Assembly (NCBI GenBank): GCA_040222015.1
Contig: JAVJWO010000178.1
Span: forward strand, 1 to 64,000
DNA: 64,000 nt
Source: Coleofasciculus chthonoplastes F2-STO-03
GTDB taxonomy: Bacteria; Cyanobacteriota; Cyanobacteriia; Cyanobacteriales; Coleofasciculaceae
Direction of reading: 5' to 3'
In this document: one piece after another, positions 8,414-17,409 of the stretch
Layout: every line of letters starts with the position of its first letter
Numbering within the stretch: the stretch's first letter is position 1
Notes under the pieces: generated by a model
What the model was told of the DNA's origin: nothing
Database searches by the model: none
Seen by the model: only the letters and a program-made list of their open reading frames with translations
Program-made: the position numbers and the translations under genes

Positions 8414-9637
8414 TTATGCTAAATTCAGAACGGGCCACGTCACCGCCCCCACAATCCCATCCGCCGTCATCCCCTTTGAGCGCTGAAACGCAATAACCGC
8501 AGCTTTAGTCTTGGCACCATAAATCCCATCAGCAGGACCAGGATCAAAGCCTTTTTGCTGCAAAAGCTCTTGGGCTTGCTTCACTTCTGGACCCACGGAA
8601 CCTTCCTGGAGGGGTAAAAAAGGGTCTGACGGTTGATTGCGCCATTTTTGGGAAAACTCCACCAATGTCGCCTGAGGCAGTTGTGCTTGTAACCACTGAA
8701 TAGCTTGGGTTTGGTGAGGCAGTTCCCGATAATACTTATAGGTATCGAGGAGTTGAACTTGGGTGAAAGGGGTTTGTGAACCCAACGGTGTACTTCCCCC
8801 CGGTGTTGTATCCGGTGCTGTCGGAGTACCGCTATCAGTATCAGTCGGTGGCTCTGGAGATTTAGAGACTCGTTCTAATACCTTCCACGTTGCTGGTCCA
8901 ACTAAGCCATCGGCATCTAACCCGTGAAACTTTTGAAAGGAAATCACTGCATCTTCAGTCCCTTCACCAAAAATACCATCAATCGGACCCGCCTTAAAGC
9001 CTTGGGCGTTGAGAATTTGCTGGAGTTCCTTCACTCTTGGTCCAGTGTCCCCTTCCCGCAACACTTCAATGAAAGAGGTTCCGAGTCGCTGACGCACGTC
9101 TTGGCGCAAGCGAGGTAATTGATTGTATAGCCAATCCCCAGGACATTGAGTGGGTGAAAAGTCCCGATGTCCGCGAATATTGTCGGGACTAATCTTAGTG
9201 GTTGAGCAAATCGAGGCGCACAATTCAACCAGACTATCCCACTGCTTGGCATTCATTTGATAGGTGGTAAACGTCCCTTCATTTTCAATACCGGGTGATT
9301 CATTCCCTTTATTACTACCCGCATGGGATGAACGAACACTGCGCCCTCGTTTAATTGCATTCAGACTTCCATGTCTGCCTTCTAGCAAATATCCACCCGT
9401 CGTGTTCAAAAAATTGTGACCCGAATCAATCCAGCCAAAGCCATCTACATGGGCAGTTTGAATGCTGCGGGTGAAGGTTTTGGCTCCTGTCAATGTGCCT
9501 CTCGATACATCATTAGGGGGGTTAGGAGTTGCCGTATGATGAATGATAATATATTGCGGTCGCGTTTCTCCTGCCCACTGTCTTGGGGGTCTGGCGTCCC
9601 ATTCCTTGGTAGAAATAACACTAGCCGTAAATGCCAT
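8414..9637 (-). CDS. N-acetylmuramoyl-L-alanine amidase (Amidase_2/PGRP-like) with two peptidoglycan-binding domains
   Basis: IIIHHTA, GIENEG and GHRDFSPTQCPG; two DGIFG..T..AV..FQ...GL.ADG.VG..TW repeats. Confidence 0.9.
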   Translation of the reverse strand: MAFTASVISTKEWDARPPRQWAGETRPQYIIIHHTATPNPPNDVSRGTLTGAKTFTRSIQTAHVDGFGWIDSGHNFLNTTGGYLLEGRHGSLNAIKRGRSVRSSHAGSNKGNESPGIENEGTFTTYQMNAKQWDSLVELCASICSTTKISPDNIRGHRDFSPTQCPGDWLYNQLPRLRQDVRQRLGTSFIEVLREGDTGPRVKELQQILNAQGFKAGPIDGIFGEGTEDAVISFQKFHGLDADGLVGPATWKVLERVSKSPEPPTDTDSGTPTAPDTTPGGSTPLGSQTPFTQVQLLDTYKYYRELPHQTQAIQWLQAQLPQATLVEFSQKWRNQPSDPFLPLQEGSVGPEVKQAQELLQQKGFDPGPADGIYGAKTKAAVIAFQRSKGMTADGIVGAVTWPVLNLA

Positions 9638-9788
9638 ACCGATTGTCTCCCTCCATTCAATGTGACTTACCCATCGCGGTCTGTTCCTTCATTCGTTCTG
9701 ATTCTACCTAATTCCTGCTCAGTAGAATGCGTTATCTTTTGTTGAGATTTGCTATTCTACGTTCGGGTTTACTACCACCGAACGTAAA

Positions 9789-10655
9789 ATGACACCGACA
9801 CGGAACACTGTATCCTTACCTGAAATCCAACTGTCTTATCTAGAGTGGAATCAAGGTTCTGAACCCTTGCTACTGCTCCATGGTTTAGCGGATCAGGCTT
9901 TAGTGTGGTCAAGTTTAGCCGAGTATCTGGCTGAGAGCTATCATATCATCGCTCCCGATATGCGGGGTCATGGGGAAAGTAGTAAGCCTGAAGACGATTA
10001 TACCTTTGCCAGTGCGATCGCGGACTTAGAAGCCCTGATGGATCACTTGGGATGGTCATCAGCCCATATTATCGGGCATTCCTGGACAGGAAAATTAGCC
10101 CCGATTTGGGCAAAACAGCATTCCGAACGGTTCCGCAGCATAATTTTGGTTGATCCAATTTTTATCTGGAAAATGCCCAGTCTGCTCAAGGTTACATTCC
10201 CTTTGTTATACCGGGTTTTACCGTTTCTCAAAGGAATGGGTCCGTTTGAGAGTTATGAAGACGCTGAACAGAAAGTGCGTCAGTTAAGTCAATATCAAGA
10301 TTGGACGCCATTACAGCAGCAAGTTTTTCAAGCCAGTATTGAACAAAAACCCGATGGTTCTTGGGGGAGTAAATTTACCGTTGCTGCCCGTGATGGTACG
10401 TTTGAGGATGTGATGCTCGTCGCCGGATTAACGGTTCCGATTCATATCCCCACCTTGTTTGTGCAACCGGAAAAAGGAGTGAATCGCCAAGACTGGCAAC
10501 TGAAACCCTATAAAACCTATTTGAAAAATTTACAAGTTTGCCAGGTTCCTGGTAATCATTGGCCCTTTTTAGTCGCGCCAGAGGAATTCAACCGAACGGT
10601 AGAAGCGTTTTTGGAACAACAAAAAGAGGCTTTCTCCTCTGCCGGACGACGTTAA
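9789..10655 (+). CDS. Alpha/beta fold hydrolase
   Basis: LLLHG, DMRGHG, GHSWTG nucleophile elbow, GNHWPF. Confidence 0.9.
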   Translation: MTPTRNTVSLPEIQLSYLEWNQGSEPLLLLHGLADQALVWSSLAEYLAESYHIIAPDMRGHGESSKPEDDYTFASAIADLEALMDHLGWSSAHIIGHSWTGKLAPIWAKQHSERFRSIILVDPIFIWKMPSLLKVTFPLLYRVLPFLKGMGPFESYEDAEQKVRQLSQYQDWTPLQQQVFQASIEQKPDGSWGSKFTVAARDGTFEDVMLVAGLTVPIHIPTLFVQPEKGVNRQDWQLKPYKTYLKNLQVCQVPGNHWPFLVAPEEFNRTVEAFLEQQKEAFSSAGRR

Positions 10656-11106
10656 ATAACAAACGTTGAATAAAAGTTATTGAAAGTGATAGCGGCAATG
10701 AGAGTGAGAACATTCTTTTTAGTTAATTTACCCTGAGGTAAGCAAGAGCAACAAATGATGATATCAGCGTTTCAATGTTTATTACTCTTGCCCCCTAAAT
10801 AAAAGCAGCTTATCCTTGATTGCTGCAAGATGTAAGGTTTTGAGGATTGTTTACAAAAGTTAATATAGTTGGATTTATTTCTACCAACCTACTGACAAGA
10901 TGGGGAATCAGCTCAATTGCTTGTCCTGTCGCTTTGTCAACTTCATTGTAAATTTTTGTAAACAAAATATAAGCATTCATTAAAGTTAAGAAAGAATTAA
11001 GAAAAGGTTGCTTTTAGGTAAAAACACCTGACAATAAGGTGGAAAATCTACTGGCTTGCCTTTGAACCTGCATGAAGGCTCGAATGCCAAACAGTGAATA
11101 ATTACT

Positions 11107-11874
11107 ATGAAAAATATCCATACTTCAACACCAATAACAGTAACTTTTCAGCCAATTAAAACTTTTAAATTTTTACTTTACTTTATTGTAGGGCTTACAT
11201 TAGCCAATGTTTTAGTTCGTGTGATTGATGGTTTATTCGAGGATATTCCAGAAATATTTATACGGCTTTTCAATACTGACAAAGAACAAAATATACCTAC
11301 TTTATTTTCTGGGTTTCTTTTGCTTTTTTGTTCGATAATGCTTTATAATATTTATAAATTTAACAAAAATACACGTTATTCTAAGCATTGGAAAGGTTTA
11401 TCAATTATTTTTCTATTAATGTCTATAGATGAAACATTGAGTTTCCATGAAACCCTTCAGTATTTTATAAAAAATATACTCAATATTAACACGAGTGGTT
11501 TTTTGTATTTTGCTTGGGTGATTCCTGGTGCAGCTTTTGTTTTAGTTTTTATAGTATGTTATTTAGGCTTTATCAAAAATCTTCCTCCAAGGTTTAAGCG
11601 ACTGTTTCTGATTGCAGGAAGTCTCTATGTCACGGGTAGTTTATTTCTAGAATTATTTGCTGGATATATAGTAGATCCAACGACGACTCATGATTTTGAA
11701 TTTTACTTTTATCTCATTCAATCAACTTCTGAAGAATGTCTAGAGATGCTAGGTATCGCTATTTTTGCTTATGCCCTAATGTCCTACATTACTTCATATA
11801 TCAAAGAAACAAACTGGACATTCCGCATTACTTCGGACGACAATACTATCATTTCCCATAAAAAAGATATTTAG
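11107..11874 (+). CDS. Multi-pass membrane protein of unknown function
   Basis: About 6 hydrophobic segments with SIDE...FHE and EE.LEMLG motifs; very AT-rich. Confidence 0.75.
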   Translation: MKNIHTSTPITVTFQPIKTFKFLLYFIVGLTLANVLVRVIDGLFEDIPEIFIRLFNTDKEQNIPTLFSGFLLLFCSIMLYNIYKFNKNTRYSKHWKGLSIIFLLMSIDETLSFHETLQYFIKNILNINTSGFLYFAWVIPGAAFVLVFIVCYLGFIKNLPPRFKRLFLIAGSLYVTGSLFLELFAGYIVDPTTTHDFEFYFYLIQSTSEECLEMLGIAIFAYALMSYITSYIKETNWTFRITSDDNTIISHKKDI

Positions 11875-12130
11875 CATTTGGTTTAACATCAAAGTTTTAG
11901 TTTAAAAATAAATCACAATCTCTTCTATCTACTCTATCTATATTATCCCCCAATTAGGTCACTACTTTCTTGGAAAAGATAGGATGAATTTAATAAGTAA
12001 AGCGGGCAGGATTTATGTCTAGGCACTTAATCATTAGCACAGATTAATGGTACGCTTTTTGAATACTCTCGTTTTATCACCTGCACTCTCATTCACGATA
12101 CATTCTTAATGAGAGTCACAAACTGCCAAC

Positions 12131-13306
12131 ATGACAAAACCTGCTCATTTGATGATTAAATCCCTGTATCAGGCAATCAACCGCAGGGATATTTCAGCCG
12201 CTATAGACTGCATCGATGACGAGTGCGTCTATGAGGATCTTAACTTTCCCCAACCCTTTCGCGGGAAAGCCGCCGTTCAGCAGCTTTTTGAAGAATCCTT
12301 TCGAGGTGTACCCGATGACTTACTCTTTATTATTGATGATATTACAACCGCAGATTCATCTTCCACGGGTGTCCTTTGGCATGTTGAACTGGATGGTATT
12401 CCCTTTCCCAATGGGCGAGGGGTCAGCTTTTATCGCTTGTCTGAAACCACGGGTAAGTTAATTTTCGCCCGTGATGTGGTTGAACCGCCAATTAAACCCG
12501 GTAAAGTTGCATTCTGGATTATCCGGTTGGTTACTCCTCTGGTACGACGATTACTTAAACGCCAGCCAGAAACCAGTGCTACGGCTAAATCAGAACAACC
12601 TCAGCCATGGGTTGCGATCGCGTTGGCACTGGTGGCGATACTCTATACTTATGTCCTCTTGCTTTCTCCACCTAATCAGCTTGTTCCTGGAGAACCAATT
12701 TGGGCAATTCAACCCGAAACCTTACAGGAAATTCTGGATGAGTCGCTCAATTTCTTCTTGATCTTACCGATTCTCAATGCGGTGGGTATTCATGTCATAG
12801 AATCCCCGACGGTTCACCCTACCCTAGAAGCACTTTTCAACTTTGCCGAAGCCTGGATATTTATGTTCCTACCCTTACTGTTAATGGATAAAAGGGGACG
12901 CCATTTACCTAAGGTTTTGATGTGGAGTGTGGCAATGTTCCTGACGAATGTTATTCTTACGCCTTATATGGCGCTGCGTTATACCGTTACCCCTCCTCAA
13001 GAAAAGGATGAACCTGAACAAGGCTGGTTAGCTCGTCTTTTCGGATGGATAGGGCTGATTGTGGGTACTCTAGCTATTGTATGGGGTTTTGTGGGAAGAC
13101 CGGAGTTTGGAGATTTAGCACAGAGGGCGCAGTATTTTAGAGAACTGCTAATGAGTAACCGGGTGACTATCGCATTTTGTGTTGATTTGGTGCTGTTTTC
13201 CATTTTCCAGGGTGTACTGTTAACCGCCGTCATTCCCTCTGATAAAAAAGGGCGCTGGCTGCGATATGTTCCCTTCTGGGGATTGGCGGTTTGGCTGATT
13301 ATCTGA
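12131..13306 (+). CDS. SnoaL/NTF2-like domain protein with a C-terminal membrane region
   Basis: N-terminal CIDDECVYEDLNFPQPFRGK NTF2-like segment followed by multiple TM helices. Confidence 0.8.
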   Translation: MTKPAHLMIKSLYQAINRRDISAAIDCIDDECVYEDLNFPQPFRGKAAVQQLFEESFRGVPDDLLFIIDDITTADSSSTGVLWHVELDGIPFPNGRGVSFYRLSETTGKLIFARDVVEPPIKPGKVAFWIIRLVTPLVRRLLKRQPETSATAKSEQPQPWVAIALALVAILYTYVLLLSPPNQLVPGEPIWAIQPETLQEILDESLNFFLILPILNAVGIHVIESPTVHPTLEALFNFAEAWIFMFLPLLLMDKRGRHLPKVLMWSVAMFLTNVILTPYMALRYTVTPPQEKDEPEQGWLARLFGWIGLIVGTLAIVWGFVGRPEFGDLAQRAQYFRELLMSNRVTIAFCVDLVLFSIFQGVLLTAVIPSDKKGRWLRYVPFWGLAVWLII

Positions 13307-13425
13307 TTTGTCTTATGTCTTATGTCATTCGTCTTATGTCTCAGGTTTTGTGCAAATCATTGAAGTTGCTTAAAGCACAAAACGTGTCAAAATAGATAGA
13401 TGTAACGAAAGATGAATTTAAACCG

Positions 13426-13908
13426 ATGGGAGAACAACTGAGTCAAGTCCTAGAACCGATCGCGGCGTGGTTTCGCACGTTAGGCGTTCCTGAACCGATT
13501 GTTCACTGGGGACATCCTGTCATGATGGGAATCGTGATCTTTGTTCTCGGTAGTTTTGTCGCGTATATGGGATGGCGTAGTCGCCTGACAAAAGATGGGG
13601 AAGTGGCGGCGAAAAGTCGTGCATCTCACCGTCAGCTTGCACCGTTAATGTACCTGTTTATTGCGTTGGGATATACCGGGGGCGTTCTTTCCTTGGTGAT
13701 GCAGCATAAACCTATCTTTGAAAGTCCGCATTTTTGGACAGGTTCTTCTGCCGTCATTTTGTTAGGAATTAACGCGGTGATGACGTTTGGTTTTGGGGGT
13801 GAAAAGAAGGAATCGTTTCGTACTGCTCATGCTTATTTGGGTAGTACAATTATGATTATACTAGTTGTTCACGTTGTTCTTGGTTTAAAACTGGGTCTTT
13901 CAATTTAA
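13426..13908 (+). CDS. DUF4079 (cytochrome b561-like) membrane protein
   Basis: HWGHPVMM, SPHFWTG and RTAHAYLG conserved His motifs. Confidence 0.85.
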   Translation: MGEQLSQVLEPIAAWFRTLGVPEPIVHWGHPVMMGIVIFVLGSFVAYMGWRSRLTKDGEVAAKSRASHRQLAPLMYLFIALGYTGGVLSLVMQHKPIFESPHFWTGSSAVILLGINAVMTFGFGGEKKESFRTAHAYLGSTIMIILVVHVVLGLKLGLSI

Positions 13909-14016
13909 AACCTTAATGTCAACAACTGCAAAATCGTTGTAATGCGTTAAGCGAAGCCATGCCGCAGGCTTTGCATCATGTTCGCTACCCATTCCCAATT
14001 TAAATGCGTGACAGCT

Positions 14017-14192
14017 TAGAGACGTTAGATATAGCAGTAGACACATCGATTAGGACAAACGAACTGTTGTAGAGACGTTGCATGCAACGTCTCTACAAAA
14101 TGATGCGTCCTAACCGCTATGGCGATTGCTATACGTTCCGCCGTAACGTCTCTACTAAAGAATCTGTCCTAACCATTTTTGCGGTTGCTATA
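14017..14192. repeat. Nested MITE/REP cluster
   Basis: Perfect 32-bp palindrome at 14067-14098 lies within TATAGCA..TTAGGAC / GTCCTAA..TGCTATA terminal inverted repeats. Confidence 0.8.
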
Positions 14193-14333
14193 AGTCCCAG
14201 AGAATAGTCATAGCTGTGGTGACTCAAACAGAAACCAAGGAAATTGTCTACAACCGCCAAGCTAACCTTACCAGATCGCATTTGTTAGCCGTTAACGAAG
14301 TAGTTTATGCCGTCTTCAATGGTGCAACCACGG

Positions 14334-16667
14334 TTAATCACGATCGCCTTCCATAATAGTCCTAATTGCCAAATCCAGCAGTTCAATCGCTTCATTTTCA
14401 TAATGATAGGTTTTAAACTGTTGTCCAGGTTCTATCACTTCTGGACGCTTGGAGGGGCGGCGATTATAGCGAGATTGATAGAGCTGGAGCGCCAACGATC
14501 CAATCGAAGTCTTTTGCCCTTTGGTAGCATCAATGTTGAGTTCACGGAGTCGCATCGCCACGCTAACAAATCGTTGATTTGGCGATGCTGGAGACTGGGT
14601 AGTTCTCACCTGATTCAGTGCATCCATTAAGCTTTGAGCAGATTCAGATAGGAGTAAAGGCAACTGAGTATATCGACGCATTGGTCTATCAATACTAACA
14701 GCATACCTTAACGTTCCTGGTCTACCCACCGCGATAAATCCACCGTAACTGGCACGAGTCATTGTAGTGTAGAGAAGCTGACGAGAAAGCATCCGGTGGT
14801 TTGAAGGTGACAAAGGCATAATCACATACTGGAATTCACTACCTTGAGCCTTATGGCAAGTTAGGCAAAACGAATGCATAATCTGCTCAAAAATGCCGGG
14901 GACATAATCAACAACCGCGCCGCCTTCAAATGCAACCTTAACCCGTTCTGGCTTGGACTTGGTATCAACCTCAATCACCCAACCCCCCTCGCCATTCATC
15001 ACCGCCGGGATTGTATCATATCTATTCTTCAATTGAATCACGCGATCGCCAACTCGATACACCACGTCTCCAGTTTTGACTTCTGGCTGTTCTGGTTGTT
15101 TCGGGTTAAACAGAGGCTGCAATCGTTGATTTAAAGCGTGAACTCCAACTACCCCTTTCTTTTGAGGAGCAAGAACCATCACCTGATTTTTTAAGTCAAC
15201 CTGATCACGCTGCATCTGTGCCACTAGCTCAACAATGGTATCGGCAATTTCTTCAGGGGTGTGGCGACAGAGTATGGCACAATCAGAAACCTGTTGCCAT
15301 TGTTGAGGCGAGTAAAACTTTTCCAAATCAGGAACCACGCCACGAATGACATCTTCTGCCGCATAGATAATCGGACTTTCTTGCCGTTGGCGGTAAATCT
15401 TTTTCAGGCGAGAACAGGGTACAACTTCAGATATCAGTAAGTCGCGCAGCACCATTCCCGCGCCCACACTAGGGAGCTGATTATGATCCCCAACAAACAC
15501 AATTCTCGTATGGGGTTCTAAGGCTTTTAAGAGAGAATTAAACAGGAAAATATCGACCATACTAAATTCGTCGATAATTAACCAGTCAATCGGCAAGGGG
15601 TTATCCTGATTAAACTCAAACTTTTGACCATACCCTCGCCACTGAAGTAGACGATGAATCGTTTGAGCATCTAACCCGGTGGCGTTCTTCATTCTTGTCG
15701 CCGCCTTGCCGGTAGGTGCCGCTAAAGCTACATTGAATCTACACTCCGTTAGCCAATCGATCAAATACTTCAAAATATGCGTTTTCCCTCGCCCAGCCCC
15801 CCCCGTAATAATGCTAATTGGTTGGGCATAAGACTTTAACAGTGCCTGTCGCTGTTCTAGATCAAGCACCCCAGACTCCCGCCATGCTTCTGCGTCTCGT
15901 TCTTGTAACCAATACTCTAACCGCTCGATAGGCAGTTTCTTGCGAGAGGAAAAATACAGAATCAATTGGGCAACATTAACCTCCGCCCGATAAATTGGTT
16001 TTAAATAGAGCGACTCTGATAACCGTCCCTCAACTACAATTTTTTGGGTGAGCGCATTCTCTAATACCTGATTAAGTAACTGTGAATTTGGTGTATGTCC
16101 GGGACAACTCAATAACCCTAGGGCTGCTTCGATGAGTTCGGAGCTGGGGAGGAAACAATGCCCCTGATTTCTGGCATCTTGTAAGGTTTGAATAATCCCT
16201 TGTTCATAGCGCAGGTGACTATCAGGCGGCATCCCCAACTTTAGCGCTAAACTGTCAGCTATCTTAAATCCAATGCCGTCAAGATGATCAATAATCTGAT
16301 AAGGATTGGTGTTGAGGACAGAGGCTGTACGCTGATCATAGTAGTCCGTCAGTTTTAGGGTTAACCCCAAAGATATCCCCATCCCCAGCAACCAAGCTTG
16401 AGTCCCTCGGACTGGGTTGCTCTTGCTTTTCTCCCAAGCTGAGAGGATGGCATCAATCCGATATTGGGATAACCCAGGAATTAGTTTGAGTCGTTGGGGT
16501 GAGAACTCCAGAACCTCAAGGGTATCCGAGCCAAAATATGCCGCTAGCAAAGCGGCTGTCTTCTTGCCAATGCCATGAAATATGCCACTGGCAAGATACT
16601 GTTCGATTTCTGCTGGATCGAGCCTGGGTAATTGATCGCTGTTATCTGTTGGGAAAGCCATTGGCAT
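14334..16667 (-). CDS. recD2: RecD2-like ATP-dependent DNA helicase (SF1B)
   Basis: HhH motifs GIGKKTA and GIGFKIAD, Walker A GGAGRGKT, APTGKAA, DEFSM, GDHNQLPSVG, TCHKAQGSE. ATG 16667 has a GGAG RBS. Confidence 0.9.
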   Translation of the reverse strand: MPMAFPTDNSDQLPRLDPAEIEQYLASGIFHGIGKKTAALLAAYFGSDTLEVLEFSPQRLKLIPGLSQYRIDAILSAWEKSKSNPVRGTQAWLLGMGISLGLTLKLTDYYDQRTASVLNTNPYQIIDHLDGIGFKIADSLALKLGMPPDSHLRYEQGIIQTLQDARNQGHCFLPSSELIEAALGLLSCPGHTPNSQLLNQVLENALTQKIVVEGRLSESLYLKPIYRAEVNVAQLILYFSSRKKLPIERLEYWLQERDAEAWRESGVLDLEQRQALLKSYAQPISIITGGAGRGKTHILKYLIDWLTECRFNVALAAPTGKAATRMKNATGLDAQTIHRLLQWRGYGQKFEFNQDNPLPIDWLIIDEFSMVDIFLFNSLLKALEPHTRIVFVGDHNQLPSVGAGMVLRDLLISEVVPCSRLKKIYRQRQESPIIYAAEDVIRGVVPDLEKFYSPQQWQQVSDCAILCRHTPEEIADTIVELVAQMQRDQVDLKNQVMVLAPQKKGVVGVHALNQRLQPLFNPKQPEQPEVKTGDVVYRVGDRVIQLKNRYDTIPAVMNGEGGWVIEVDTKSKPERVKVAFEGGAVVDYVPGIFEQIMHSFCLTCHKAQGSEFQYVIMPLSPSNHRMLSRQLLYTTMTRASYGGFIAVGRPGTLRYAVSIDRPMRRYTQLPLLLSESAQSLMDALNQVRTTQSPASPNQRFVSVAMRLRELNIDATKGQKTSIGSLALQLYQSRYNRRPSKRPEVIEPGQQFKTYHYENEAIELLDLAIRTIMEGDRD

Positions 16668-17061
16668 GATTGATTGCTCCCTGAACAGGTGAACAAGAAA
16701 TCCCAAATTGTATAGCCTATCCGTTATTGTACAATGCAGGTGCGACAGATCAGGCTCTATTAGTCGGATTAACTTGGCAGCACTAAAAATGGGAATAAGC
16801 GAAACTATAATAAAGTAATTCTTAAACAGTTATTCCGTGTCAATAATTTGATATCACACCACAGAAAGAAAGACCAGTGGAACCCTTGTAGGGGCGACCC
16901 GCTTGCATAAAGAAACAATTCCAGTCCACTCAATGGGGTCGGGTCGCCCATGACTAGCACCCCGATATAAAGGCTGCGGTTTTCGTGGTTCAAGCATTGG
17001 GCTGGTTCCTAGTGACAATTCAGTTCTTGTAGGTTGGGTTTCGCGATCGCGAAACCCAAGA

Positions 17062-17281
17062 TGATTCAGATTCGTTGTCACACTGGCGGGTAAACCTCCA
17101 GGTGCGATAAGCTGCAATCCCCGTTTTCCGCCAATCGCGGAGAAGTCTTGGGTAATTAACGCAATTTGTGCTTGTCGTAGGGCTTCGGCTTTGATGATGG
17201 TGTTAGTATTTAACGTGGATAAAAGGTATTCATCAACGCTTGCGTCCCACCATCATCAACAGACCACAAAGACGCGATCGC
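17062..17281 (-). pseudogene. CHAT domain C-terminal remnant (frameshifted)
   Basis: AIASLWSVDDGGTQALMNTFY, then a frameshift, then KAEALRQAQIALI...NLNH. Confidence 0.8.
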
Positions 17282-17409
17282 ACACCATCTTTCTACTCCG
17301 CTTCACCCTCACCAACAGGGGTTTCCAGGCTGTTGGGTAAAGGCACGAACAGCCACTAAAGTGGCTACTACAAACAGGCTACTACAAACAGCGCGATCGC
17401 ACGTTTCCT

